From assembly GCA_004284765.1 (NCBI GenBank), contig NQJD01000002.1, positions 150,001 to 182,000 on the forward strand: a stretch of 32,000 nucleotides of DNA, in the 5' to 3' direction. Made by a program: the position numbers and the translations under genes. Source of the stretch: Candidatus Electronema aureum. Lineage in GTDB: Bacteria > Desulfobacterota > Desulfobulbia > Desulfobulbales > Desulfobulbaceae. Below, piece by piece: positions 19,283 to 26,684 of the stretch. The notes beneath the pieces are model-generated. The model ran no database searches and had not been told where the DNA came from. It saw nothing but the letters and a program-made list of their open reading frames with translations. The first letter of the stretch is position 1; each line of letters opens with the position of its first letter.

Positions 19283-19992
19283 GTATCCCCCGTATCCTTT
19301 CCATCGAAACCGCCGCAGGCTGTGGCAGCGTTGCCTTAACGCGTGGTGGTGTGCAGAACGGCAGGCTGATTGCCGAGGCCGCTGTTCATGCAGAGACCAG
19401 CCATTCCCGCCAGCTGCTCGGTTCAGTCGAATGGGTGATGCAGGCTGCCGGAATAAGCTGGAGCGATCTGGACGCAATCGCAGTCAGTATCGGCCCTGGC
19501 TCGTTCACCGGCCTGCGCATTGGACTGGCTGCGGCCAAGGGCATGGTCTTTGCTACTGGCAAGCCGCTGATCGCTATGCCAACCTTGGATGCTGTCGCGT
19601 TGTCCTGCCCGCTGATAGATTGCCCGCTTTGGTGCATCATGGATGCCCGCAAGCAGGAGGTGTACGCAGCCTGCTACGGCGCGGACAGGCAGCAGACGAG
19701 CTTGGCGGAAGCCATCCGCCCGGAGCTGCTGGCAGAGAAGATTGCCCCACCTGCGGTCATTGCCGGGCCAGGTCTGACCGCATATCACCACCTTTTTGCT
19801 CACATTGCGGGAGTTCGGCTCATTCCTCCAACCTTGAGCAGCCTGAGCGCGGCCAAGATCGGCCTGCTTGCCGCCGAGCGGCTGGCGCGTGGCGAGCTTG
19901 CTGATCCAGCCCTGACTGTTCCCCTCTATGTCCGGCCTTCGGAAGCCGAGGTCAATCTAAAGAAGAAAGGCGGCTGTCCGCATGGCGCATAA
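19273..19992 (+). CDS. tsaB: tRNA threonylcarbamoyladenosine biosynthesis protein TsaB
   Basis: ILSIETAAGCGSVAL...HSRQLL and IAVSIGPGSFTGLRIGLAAAKG are TsaB/YeaZ signatures. The GTG start overlaps the rseP end. Confidence 0.88.
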   Translation: MDVSIPRILSIETAAGCGSVALTRGGVQNGRLIAEAAVHAETSHSRQLLGSVEWVMQAAGISWSDLDAIAVSIGPGSFTGLRIGLAAAKGMVFATGKPLIAMPTLDAVALSCPLIDCPLWCIMDARKQEVYAACYGADRQQTSLAEAIRPELLAEKIAPPAVIAGPGLTAYHHLFAHIAGVRLIPPTLSSLSAAKIGLLAAERLARGELADPALTVPLYVRPSEAEVNLKKKGGCPHGA

Positions 19993-20177
19993 TCAATGAT
20001 GAATAGGAGAAGCGTATGGAACTTTCCGCAGTGCTGACCGCTGCCTCTGAAGTTTCGTAGGTCTGCTTGAGTGCGTGCCCACCTTCCCTGTTGACAGCGA
20101 CCGTCCCGGTGTTTACCGTGGATTCATTACGTAGGCAGCGTCTTTTGTCTTAGCAATCAACTATACGAGGTTCATCT

Positions 20178-20582
20178 ATGAAGGTTCTTCAAACACTCGG
20201 TCGAAAAGGCATCTTCAAATATCGCCGTCAGACTGATGGGGTATATATTGATAGTTTCCTCGATCAGGGTGCTCTCAATCCGCCTCAGATCACCATCACT
20301 CACGAAGAATGGCTGAACATATTAAAGGCTATCGAAAATACCGCTCAAGGAAGTTTCCGTCTAAGCGGTGAGCAACCGTTTAGTACGCCACCCAACCAGA
20401 GCTTGTACGAATTGCTGACAGATGCTGTCCCAAATCCACAGGGCGGCTGGAAATGGAATCCTTCTCGGCAAGCATACGTCTGTGCGATTCTTGAACATGA
20501 GGGAACGATTGATTTGTATCACGGCGCACTTGGGCCGGACCATCAAGCAATCATATGTTTGCGGAAAGATATTGGCAAATAG
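20178..20582 (+). CDS. Hypothetical 134-aa protein
   Basis: ATG 7 nt after GAGG. Protein-like composition. No family recognised. Confidence 0.55.
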   Translation: MKVLQTLGRKGIFKYRRQTDGVYIDSFLDQGALNPPQITITHEEWLNILKAIENTAQGSFRLSGEQPFSTPPNQSLYELLTDAVPNPQGGWKWNPSRQAYVCAILEHEGTIDLYHGALGPDHQAIICLRKDIGK

Positions 20583-20673
20583 CTCATACTTCACCCATCT
20601 CCCGCCTTGCACACCAGCACCGCAGGGCAGGCAAGCGTCTTTTTGCTTGCCCACCACCCATAGCCCCTTCCTG

Positions 20674-20858
20674 CCCAAGCACATAGACGAACCCGACATA
20701 AGCACGTATGCCGATTTCGTCTAAGTGCTTATCTGAACCTCGCCTAAGTGCTTATGTCCGATTCTCCCATGTGCTATAACCGTTCCGGTTTATAGGCTGT
20801 AGAATTTTTCCCAATAGCCTGTAACTTTTCCGGCCCATAAGCTGTCGGAGAAGAAAAA
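20674..20858. repeat. Phased iteron-like repeat array (2 inverted + 6 direct units, 22-23 bp period)
   Basis: AGCAC at 20678 and 20701. GTGCT at 20725, 20748 and 20771. ATAGGCTGT at 20792, ATAGCCTGT at 20814, ATAAGCTGT at 20837. A perfect 12-mer CTAAGTGCTTAT occurs at 20721-20732 and 20744-20755. GACATAAGCAC (20695-20705) is the exact reverse complement of GTGCTTATGTC (20748-20758). Confidence 0.75.
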
Positions 20859-20890
20859 CACCGCAGCCTGCCGCTCCTCTTCTTTTTTTA

Positions 20891-20919
20891 TTGACAGAAA
20901 GCCCGCAGCGGCATAATCT
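20891..20919 (+). promoter_or_regulatory. Candidate sigma70-type promoter for the 20977 gene
   Basis: TTGACA (20891-20896), a 17-nt spacer, then TAATCT (20914-20919). A T-rich tract (CTCTTCTTTTTTTA) lies upstream, and the element is about 55 nt upstream of the ATG. Confidence 0.4.
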
Positions 20920-20976
20920 GCCAGATTAGGTTGTTTTGATGTCATGACAAACAGTTAATCCACAAGGAGAGCAGTT

Positions 20977-22053
20977 ATGGCAACCGTGCAATGGAGACCA
21001 GAAGTCAACGCCCTGACCACACCCCAGTCCTGGCGGCCCCGCTATGTGGCGCGCAACACCAACGGCAGCGACGTTCTGGCTGCCCGAATTGCCCTGAAAC
21101 ACCCCTCTCTGGACGAAGAAACCATCAAAACAACCATCACCGCCTTGATTGAGGAGATACGCATTGACCTGATCAACGGCGACCAGTCGTCTTTGGACAA
21201 CGCCATCACCTTCCGCCTTTCCCTGACCGGACGGCTGGATTCCCCGGATGCGCCCCTGCCGCCAGCCGAGGAATCGGTGGCGTTGCGGGCCGTGTTCTCC
21301 CGCGCCATCACCGAGGATGTGCAGCGCAACGTCCGCTTCGAGCGGCTACCGTTCGAGGAAAAACTGCCGGTCATCGCTCAGGCCGAAGACACGGTTTTTG
21401 GCCTGAGCGATGTTCTCAATCCGAGCGGCGCACTGCGTCTCAACGGCAGCGATCTCTCCTTTACTCAAGGCGTTGCGGATGAAGGCTGCGTGATCGAAGG
21501 CACCCGCAGCGGACGGACGGCGCAGAGCCGCTTTGTCTCAGTCTCGGACACGGCAATCACCCTGCTGCCGGACATCCCAGCCCAGAACGACCCGTGGAAC
21601 AACGAGTATCTGCTCTTTATCGCCACGCATTACACCGAAAACGGCACCCTGCGCACCGGCATCTACCGCCGCAAGCTGCGCAGCCCGCTGACCGTGACCA
21701 AGCTCGGCCACCCCAATCCGCCGGATGTCGGCATCCTGACGGACAAGGCCGCGTCGCCGTATGTCACTGTCACCGGCGGCACGTTGAGCGCGGACGAGAC
21801 CGTGCGCATTCAGGTCATCCTCGACCTGCACGCGGGCAGCCTCGCCTTCAATTTACTCGATATGACCGAAGGCGGCAAAGCGGGCGCGGCAGTGACAGTG
21901 ACGGCGAACGGGCCGGTCACGCTGGCAGGCTTCAGCGGCTCGGCCTTGATCAGCCTGAACGTGACGGTGAACAACTTCGCTGATCTGGTGAAGATGATCA
22001 GGAGCGGGTACAGCGGCAGGCTGGTGGATGTGCTGGTGGTGAAGGTGGCGTAA
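20977..22053 (+). CDS. Putative DNA-binding protein: HU-like N-terminal domain plus DUF4469-like (Ig-like) body, with an extra C-terminal domain
   Basis: AAGGAG RBS. N-terminus: LTTPQSWRPRYVARNTNGSDVLAARIALKHPSLDEETIKTTITALIEEIRIDLINGDQSSLDNAITFRLSLTGRLDSPDAPLP. Later: ...NPSGALRLNGSDLSF...YLLFIATHYTENGTLRTGIYRRKLRSPLTV. This parallels my recollection of the HU_HIG/DUF4469 architecture. Not verified by a profile search. Confidence 0.5.
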   Translation: MATVQWRPEVNALTTPQSWRPRYVARNTNGSDVLAARIALKHPSLDEETIKTTITALIEEIRIDLINGDQSSLDNAITFRLSLTGRLDSPDAPLPPAEESVALRAVFSRAITEDVQRNVRFERLPFEEKLPVIAQAEDTVFGLSDVLNPSGALRLNGSDLSFTQGVADEGCVIEGTRSGRTAQSRFVSVSDTAITLLPDIPAQNDPWNNEYLLFIATHYTENGTLRTGIYRRKLRSPLTVTKLGHPNPPDVGILTDKAASPYVTVTGGTLSADETVRIQVILDLHAGSLAFNLLDMTEGGKAGAAVTVTANGPVTLAGFSGSALISLNVTVNNFADLVKMIRSGYSGRLVDVLVVKVA

Positions 22054-22081
22054 CTAAACTATACAGAAAAGGAGAAATGAG

Positions 22082-22372
22082 ATGAATGTGAAGGCGGCAG
22101 TGAAGTTGGCAAAGGAGTATGTTCTTGATCTTTTCAACGAGGAGAACCTCACCAATCTTGGCCTTGAAGAAGTAGATTTTGATGATAGAGCAGGAGAGTG
22201 GATAGTCACGCTAGGGTTCTCGCGTCCGTGGGATGAACCGCGCAACACGCTTGCCTCTCTCGCGCAGGCGAGTACGCCTCACCGCTCGTATAAGATTGTG
22301 CGCATTGATAATACAACAGAGGAAGTGAAGATGGTTAAAAACCGTGAGGCACCTTCTGAGGTGCCTTTTTGA
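22082..22372 (+). CDS. Hypothetical 96-aa protein, candidate partner/antitoxin of the downstream PIN-like gene
   Basis: AAGGAG upstream. The stop TGA (22370-22372) overlaps the next gene's TTG start (22369-22371). No HTH/RHH motif recognised. Confidence 0.55.
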   Translation: MNVKAAVKLAKEYVLDLFNEENLTNLGLEEVDFDDRAGEWIVTLGFSRPWDEPRNTLASLAQASTPHRSYKIVRIDNTTEEVKMVKNREAPSEVPF

Positions 22373-22836
22373 AAGGCGTTCCGCTGCTCATAGACACCAA
22401 CCTGCTGGTGCTGTTTGTTGTCGGCACGGCTTCAAAGGACTATATTGCCAAGCATAAGAAGCTGACCGAGTTCACGGTTAAGGACTACAACATGCTGGTC
22501 AAGATAGTTTCTGGTGCTTCCGAGTTGCTTGTCACGCCGAACACCTTGACCGAAACATCCAACTTGGCGGCATATATCAACGAGCCTGCGCGGAGCAAGG
22601 TGCTGGCTGTTCTGCGCACGGTGATTGTATCAGACTCGCAGGAGCGATATGTGCCCAGCAGCGTTGCGGCGGAACGCAAGGAGTTCATCCGGCTGGGCCT
22701 TGCTGATGCTGCACTGCTTGAGATAGCTGCGAAGGATGTCACCTTGCTGACAACTGACTTCGACCTGTACAACACTGCGCTGAAAAAAGGCGCGCAGGCG
22801 CTCAACTTCAACCATTTGCGTGACCAGTATTTGTAG
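22369..22836 (+). CDS. PIN-like nuclease-domain protein (VapC-like)
   Basis: Acidic residues are spaced as in PIN domains: LLIDTNLL (N-terminus), TPNTLTETSNL, GLADAALLEIA, LLTTDFDLY. Length 155 aa. 4-nt overlap with the upstream small ORF. Confidence 0.55.
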   Translation: MKGVPLLIDTNLLVLFVVGTASKDYIAKHKKLTEFTVKDYNMLVKIVSGASELLVTPNTLTETSNLAAYINEPARSKVLAVLRTVIVSDSQERYVPSSVAAERKEFIRLGLADAALLEIAAKDVTLLTTDFDLYNTALKKGAQALNFNHLRDQYL

Positions 22837-22922
22837 GCGCGGCAGGCTGGCGGAGGTGTGCTGGCACTGAAGCCGAATGACCGTTGAATACGCAGCCCTC
22901 TTTCACCGCGCAGGAGCGCAGC

Positions 22923-23792
22923 ATGAAACCACTGATGCGGAAAACCGTTCTCTCCATCGGCGGCACTCTTGTCGCTGTCCTGCTCTTCCTGTCTCCTGCC
23001 CTGCGCCTGCCGGTCTTGGATGACGCAGCGGATGCCTACTTCAAAACCGCGATCACCAAAGCCGGATTGTCCTACGCCACCTGCCGGGTGATCAACGCCT
23101 CGGTCTCGATTATCGAAGAATCCAGCCTACATCTCCAGCCAGCTGGGGTCGGCGTGTCCTTGGCCGTCGGGCAGGCTCTTGATCCTATCGATGACCTGAC
23201 CGAGCGAGTCTCTGATGTCTTAGTCACGGCAGTCACGTCGCTGGGCGTGCAGAAGATAGCCTACGAAATAGGTATTTCCCTTGCCCCGCCTGCGCTCGCT
23301 GTCTTTCTGCTTACCCTCTCGTTGTTGCTTTGGTTCGGTAATGACAGAATCAAATTAGTGCAGAAAACAATCATGCGCTTCGCCCTGCTGCTTGTTGTTG
23401 CTCGTTTCTGCCTGCCGATTTCATCATTGGTGAATGAATTTGTCAATCAGCATTTCTTCAACCCACGCATTGAGCAGGTCAACAAGAATCTCAGCACCAG
23501 CTCGGCTGGGTTTGACAAGCTGAAGGATTTTAATCTCCCTGAACACAGCATACTCGGCACGGCCTCGCTGCTTAGGCAAAAATCATCGGAACTTGGCGAA
23601 GCATTTACAGAAGTTAGTAAGAACATGGGCAGCTTGACGGAGAACCTGCTCCAGCTCGCCTTCCTCTATCTCGGCATCTTCCTGATTCAGGTAATCGTTC
23701 TACCGCTGCTGGCTTTTTTCTTTTTAGTGAAAACCGCCAATGCCCTCTTCGGTACTAATCTCCCCCTGACGGCGGCTCCTTCCTCAAATTGA
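22923..23792 (+). CDS. Hypothetical multi-pass membrane protein (289 aa)
   Basis: The ATG at 22923 follows AGGAG and is preferred over the track's TTG at 22884. Hydrophobic segments: VLSIGGTLVAVLLFL, LAPPALAVFLLTLSLLLWF, FALLLVVARFCLPI, LAFLYLGIFLIQVIVLPLLAFFFLV. No family recognised. Confidence 0.6.
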   Translation: MKPLMRKTVLSIGGTLVAVLLFLSPALRLPVLDDAADAYFKTAITKAGLSYATCRVINASVSIIEESSLHLQPAGVGVSLAVGQALDPIDDLTERVSDVLVTAVTSLGVQKIAYEIGISLAPPALAVFLLTLSLLLWFGNDRIKLVQKTIMRFALLLVVARFCLPISSLVNEFVNQHFFNPRIEQVNKNLSTSSAGFDKLKDFNLPEHSILGTASLLRQKSSELGEAFTEVSKNMGSLTENLLQLAFLYLGIFLIQVIVLPLLAFFFLVKTANALFGTNLPLTAAPSSN

Positions 23793-23886
23793 CTTATGAT
23801 TATGCAAGAGGTCTATTATTTTGCCGACTCATTTACAACACTGTCCTTGTGTCCTTGCAGCTGAGGCGATTACGCCGTATAATCGC

Positions 23887-24483
23887 TCACAGATTCAGCC
23901 CACACAGTACCCCGCCCCCGGAAGAAAATACATCTACAATGGTCAGCGAGGCAGGCTGCACATCAAAGAGTAGATAATTGCGTATCGGTACGCCAAGAGC
24001 GAGGCAAATCATTGTGCGAATCACCCCGCCGTGCGTGACTACGCCGATATTGCCGCCCATCACGGTGAACATGTGCAGTATTTCATCGGTTCTGCGGACA
24101 AAATCTGCCACAGCTTCGCCACCGGGAAAAACAAAATCCGTATATCGCTGCCAGTCCTCAATTCGGGCCGAATCACCAGTGGCAATCTCAGCAAAGGTTT
24201 TCATTTCCCAGCGACCGAAATCAATCTCCCGTAGCCGTTGATCGTAAACCGGATTGTTGATTGAACAGCCCTGCTGCCGCAATTGTTCCAAGGTCTGGCG
24301 GGTGCGGCGCAGCGGGCTGCACTGCCAGTGCTCTACCTGCTGAAAATGCGGGAGAAGGCTGGTTAGTCGTGATAAACCGTGGCCAGATAAAGGCAGGTCA
24401 GTGCTGCCAACCAAGCAGCCTTGAGCAGCTGTGGTCGCGCCGTGCCGAAGCAGATACAGGCGAGTGAATTTTTTCTGAGACAT
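23887..24483 (-). CDS. Histidine phosphatase family protein (phosphoglycerate-mutase-like; alpha-ribazole phosphatase-like)
   Basis: LYLLRHGAT......G.TDLPLS..G, SPLRRTRQT, EIDFGRWE, VVTHGGVIR. These are the RHG and H catalytic motifs of branch-1 histidine phosphatases. Confidence 0.8.
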   Translation of the reverse strand: MSQKKFTRLYLLRHGATTAAQGCLVGSTDLPLSGHGLSRLTSLLPHFQQVEHWQCSPLRRTRQTLEQLRQQGCSINNPVYDQRLREIDFGRWEMKTFAEIATGDSARIEDWQRYTDFVFPGGEAVADFVRRTDEILHMFTVMGGNIGVVTHGGVIRTMICLALGVPIRNYLLFDVQPASLTIVDVFSSGGGVLCGLNL

Positions 24484-24565
24484 GCTGAACGGGGAGAATT
24501 GGACAGAAAAAACAGATCAATACCGCTAGGATAATTCCTATCTCGACGATACCTAAGAAGAAATT

Positions 24566-25636
24566 ATGACCTCAGAACAACAAAAAACCGACCTAAAGAA
24601 TCTGACTCAAGATGAATTGGTGGAATACGCTGTCTCGCTGGACCAGCCTGCTTTCAGAGGTCGTCAACTCTTAGCTTGGCTGTATCGGCCCGACATTACC
24701 GAGTTCAGTCAGATGACTGATTTGGCCAAAGAATTCCGGGCTATACTCACGGAAAACGCTTATATGAGCAGTTTTGCTGATCCAATCACGGAAATCTCAA
24801 CAGATGGAGCGGTGAAATTCGGTTTTCGTCTGGAAGACGGCTTGATGATTGAATCCGTGCTGATCCCAGAGGAAGACCGCAACACCCTCTGCGTCTCCTC
24901 GCAGGCGGGCTGCGCGATGAAATGCCGCTTCTGCCTAACCGGACAAATGGGCTTTCGTCGCAACCTGAGCCGAGCGGAAATCGTCAATCAAATCTGCGCA
25001 ACCCAAAACTGGATGCGGGCTAACGAAGAGCGACTGCCCGGCCCGGAAAAAAATTTAACCAATCTGGTCTTCATGGGCATGGGCGAACCGTTAGCTAATT
25101 TCGACAATCTACTTGCGGCCTTGTCCATCCTCACCGAGCAGAGGGGCTTGGATTTTTCCTCTCGCCGAATTACCGTTTCAACGTGTGGTTTGGTGCCACA
25201 GATGCTGGAGCTGGGGGAAAAAACCAAGGTAAATCTGGCGGTGTCGCTCCATGCGGCGGACAACGCCACCCGCAGCAGTCTGATGCCAATCAACGACCGC
25301 TGGCCCATCGAGGAGCTTTTAGCGGCTTGCAAGGACTATCCGGGCAAAAAACGACAACGAATTATGTTTGAATACACGCTGTTCGCAGGCATCAATGATG
25401 CTGATGTTGATGCCCGCAAGCTGGCTGTACTCCTGCGCGAAGTTCCCTGTAAAATCAACTTACTTTCGATGAACGAGGGCGGCGGCCTGCCCTACACCAG
25501 TCCGCCTTTTGAGCGGTTGCTCCGCTTTCAAAAAATCCTCATGGATGCCAATTACACAGTTTTTATCCGTAAAAGCCGGGGCGCAGATATTTCTGCTGCC
25601 TGCGGTTTGCTGGCAGCAAAAACAACGGCGGTTTGA
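24566..25636 (+). CDS. rlmN: 23S rRNA/tRNA (adenine-C2)-methyltransferase RlmN (radical SAM)
   Basis: FRGRQLLAWLY, TLCVSSQAGCAMKCRFCLTG (CxxxCxxC), NLVFMGMGEPLAN, RITVSTCG, LAVSLHA and a C-terminal DISAACG. Confidence 0.93.
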   Translation: MTSEQQKTDLKNLTQDELVEYAVSLDQPAFRGRQLLAWLYRPDITEFSQMTDLAKEFRAILTENAYMSSFADPITEISTDGAVKFGFRLEDGLMIESVLIPEEDRNTLCVSSQAGCAMKCRFCLTGQMGFRRNLSRAEIVNQICATQNWMRANEERLPGPEKNLTNLVFMGMGEPLANFDNLLAALSILTEQRGLDFSSRRITVSTCGLVPQMLELGEKTKVNLAVSLHAADNATRSSLMPINDRWPIEELLAACKDYPGKKRQRIMFEYTLFAGINDADVDARKLAVLLREVPCKINLLSMNEGGGLPYTSPPFERLLRFQKILMDANYTVFIRKSRGADISAACGLLAAKTTAV

Positions 25637-26659
25637 TCAGCGTTCTACCTCAATCCCCTGCGTTCGTAAGACATCTTTGGCAGCCATTTTTTTCAGTCCA
25701 GCTCGGAATTTTTTGTGCAGTTTATGCTCTTCAACGACCATCCAGACACAATCTACAATGCCTTCCGCGCCTGCTTTGGCCGCAGCATCATCAGCAAAGG
25801 TGACGCTGCCGTTTTTGTGCAGGACGCAGGCTGTGTCGTAGGGGTCTAACACTGGGTAAATGGAAACAAAATCGATAAATTTCAGCTTCAGCTCAATCAG
25901 CGGCTCAAAATCATTTTTTGCATGAACCGTTTCGAGAAACACCGAGAGAAATTCATTGACCGCTTCATCGATTTCAGTGGCAATACGGGTTGGCACTTCC
26001 GGTGATGGAGACGGAACATCATCATCTTCCGTTGTTTTTAGCGGTTCCACCAGAGGAGCAGTAGCAACTGGGTCACTGGTAAAGTAGCCAAGACCATAGC
26101 TGCCCCCGCTTTTTTGGAGCATGGCCAATAGGGTGTTATAATCATCATCCGCAGGACTGAGGCCGCCAGTACCCCAGTAGTAGGAGCCGCCTCGCCGCTG
26201 GCCCTGATAAAAAAACAGCACAGCGCAATCATTCCGTCCTTGTACGTCAACCTCAATAAAGCCGGAGAAATTCTTTTTATTCAGCCGGAACACCAAATCA
26301 GGCAGACTGACTTTGGTTGAAGAAAGCCGCGATTTAGACCTGCGGAAGGCAGGCAACTGGCCCCAGAAAAAAATCGAATCAGGATCAAGATAATAGACGG
26401 AAACCTGAAAATTTCGTTGGGTCAGGGCAGCCAAGACATGATCGAGCTGCTCTGAAGCCAAGGCGTGTTCTCCTCGATTCTGGGTCAGGCCTCGGACAAT
26501 GTCTGCCTCGTCAAAATAGACCATCAGTTCTTGGTCTGCGCCTTTGCCGTATAAACAGCCCGTGCCGATCTCCCCTTGCAGATGCTGAATAAATTTCTCC
26601 ACATCTAAATAATAGCTATTGAGGCCGCTCAAAAAGGGCTTTTCCTTAGGCAGAAGCAT
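25637..26659 (-). CDS. Hypothetical 340-aa protein, possibly with two related N-terminal modules
   Basis: Long ORF, last gene of a minus-strand three-gene cluster. No catalytic motif recognised. The weak internal repeat is described in findings. Confidence 0.6.
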   Translation of the reverse strand: MLLPKEKPFLSGLNSYYLDVEKFIQHLQGEIGTGCLYGKGADQELMVYFDEADIVRGLTQNRGEHALASEQLDHVLAALTQRNFQVSVYYLDPDSIFFWGQLPAFRRSKSRLSSTKVSLPDLVFRLNKKNFSGFIEVDVQGRNDCAVLFFYQGQRRGGSYYWGTGGLSPADDDYNTLLAMLQKSGGSYGLGYFTSDPVATAPLVEPLKTTEDDDVPSPSPEVPTRIATEIDEAVNEFLSVFLETVHAKNDFEPLIELKLKFIDFVSIYPVLDPYDTACVLHKNGSVTFADDAAAKAGAEGIVDCVWMVVEEHKLHKKFRAGLKKMAAKDVLRTQGIEVER

Positions 26660-26684
26660 CGGTCAGTTTTCCGGCGAGATTTTT

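Noticed and set aside
19236-19904. 222-aa plus-strand ORF overlapping tsaB out of frame
   Set aside because: The translation is Arg/Cys/Pro/Gly-rich and not protein-like. The alternative frame gives a recognisable TsaB.
19993-20177. Search for a tRNA, tmRNA or other integration target at the left edge of the islet, including a 14-codon mini-ORF at 20025-20069
   Set aside because: No cloverleaf-compatible arms or T-loop (GTTCRANYC) motif seen. The mini-ORF has no RBS. A TTGACA at 20091 lacks a credible -10 element.
20630-20651. Hairpin GGCAAGC / GCTTGCC after the 134-aa ORF as a terminator
   Set aside because: The T-run sits in the loop rather than after the stem, so it is not a canonical intrinsic terminator. 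It may still be structural. Not called as a feature.
20361-20724. Track ORFs 20361-20705(-) and 20422-20724(+), which run into the repeat region
   Set aside because: Both overlap the better-supported 134-aa gene (good RBS) and read through the repeat array. The translations are not protein-like.
23842-23886. Tandem TGTCCTTG x2 and a GCGATTA/TAATCGC hairpin between the converging membrane-protein and phosphatase genes
   Set aside because: Very short repeats, and the hairpin lacks a U-tract on either strand. I looked for a matching copy near 19993-20177 that could mark islet att sites and found none.
25634-25639. The rlmN stop (TGA, 25634-25636) abuts the stop of the converging 340-aa gene (25637-25639) with zero spacer
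   Set aside because: Real but probably just genome compaction, with no structure or motif to interpret.
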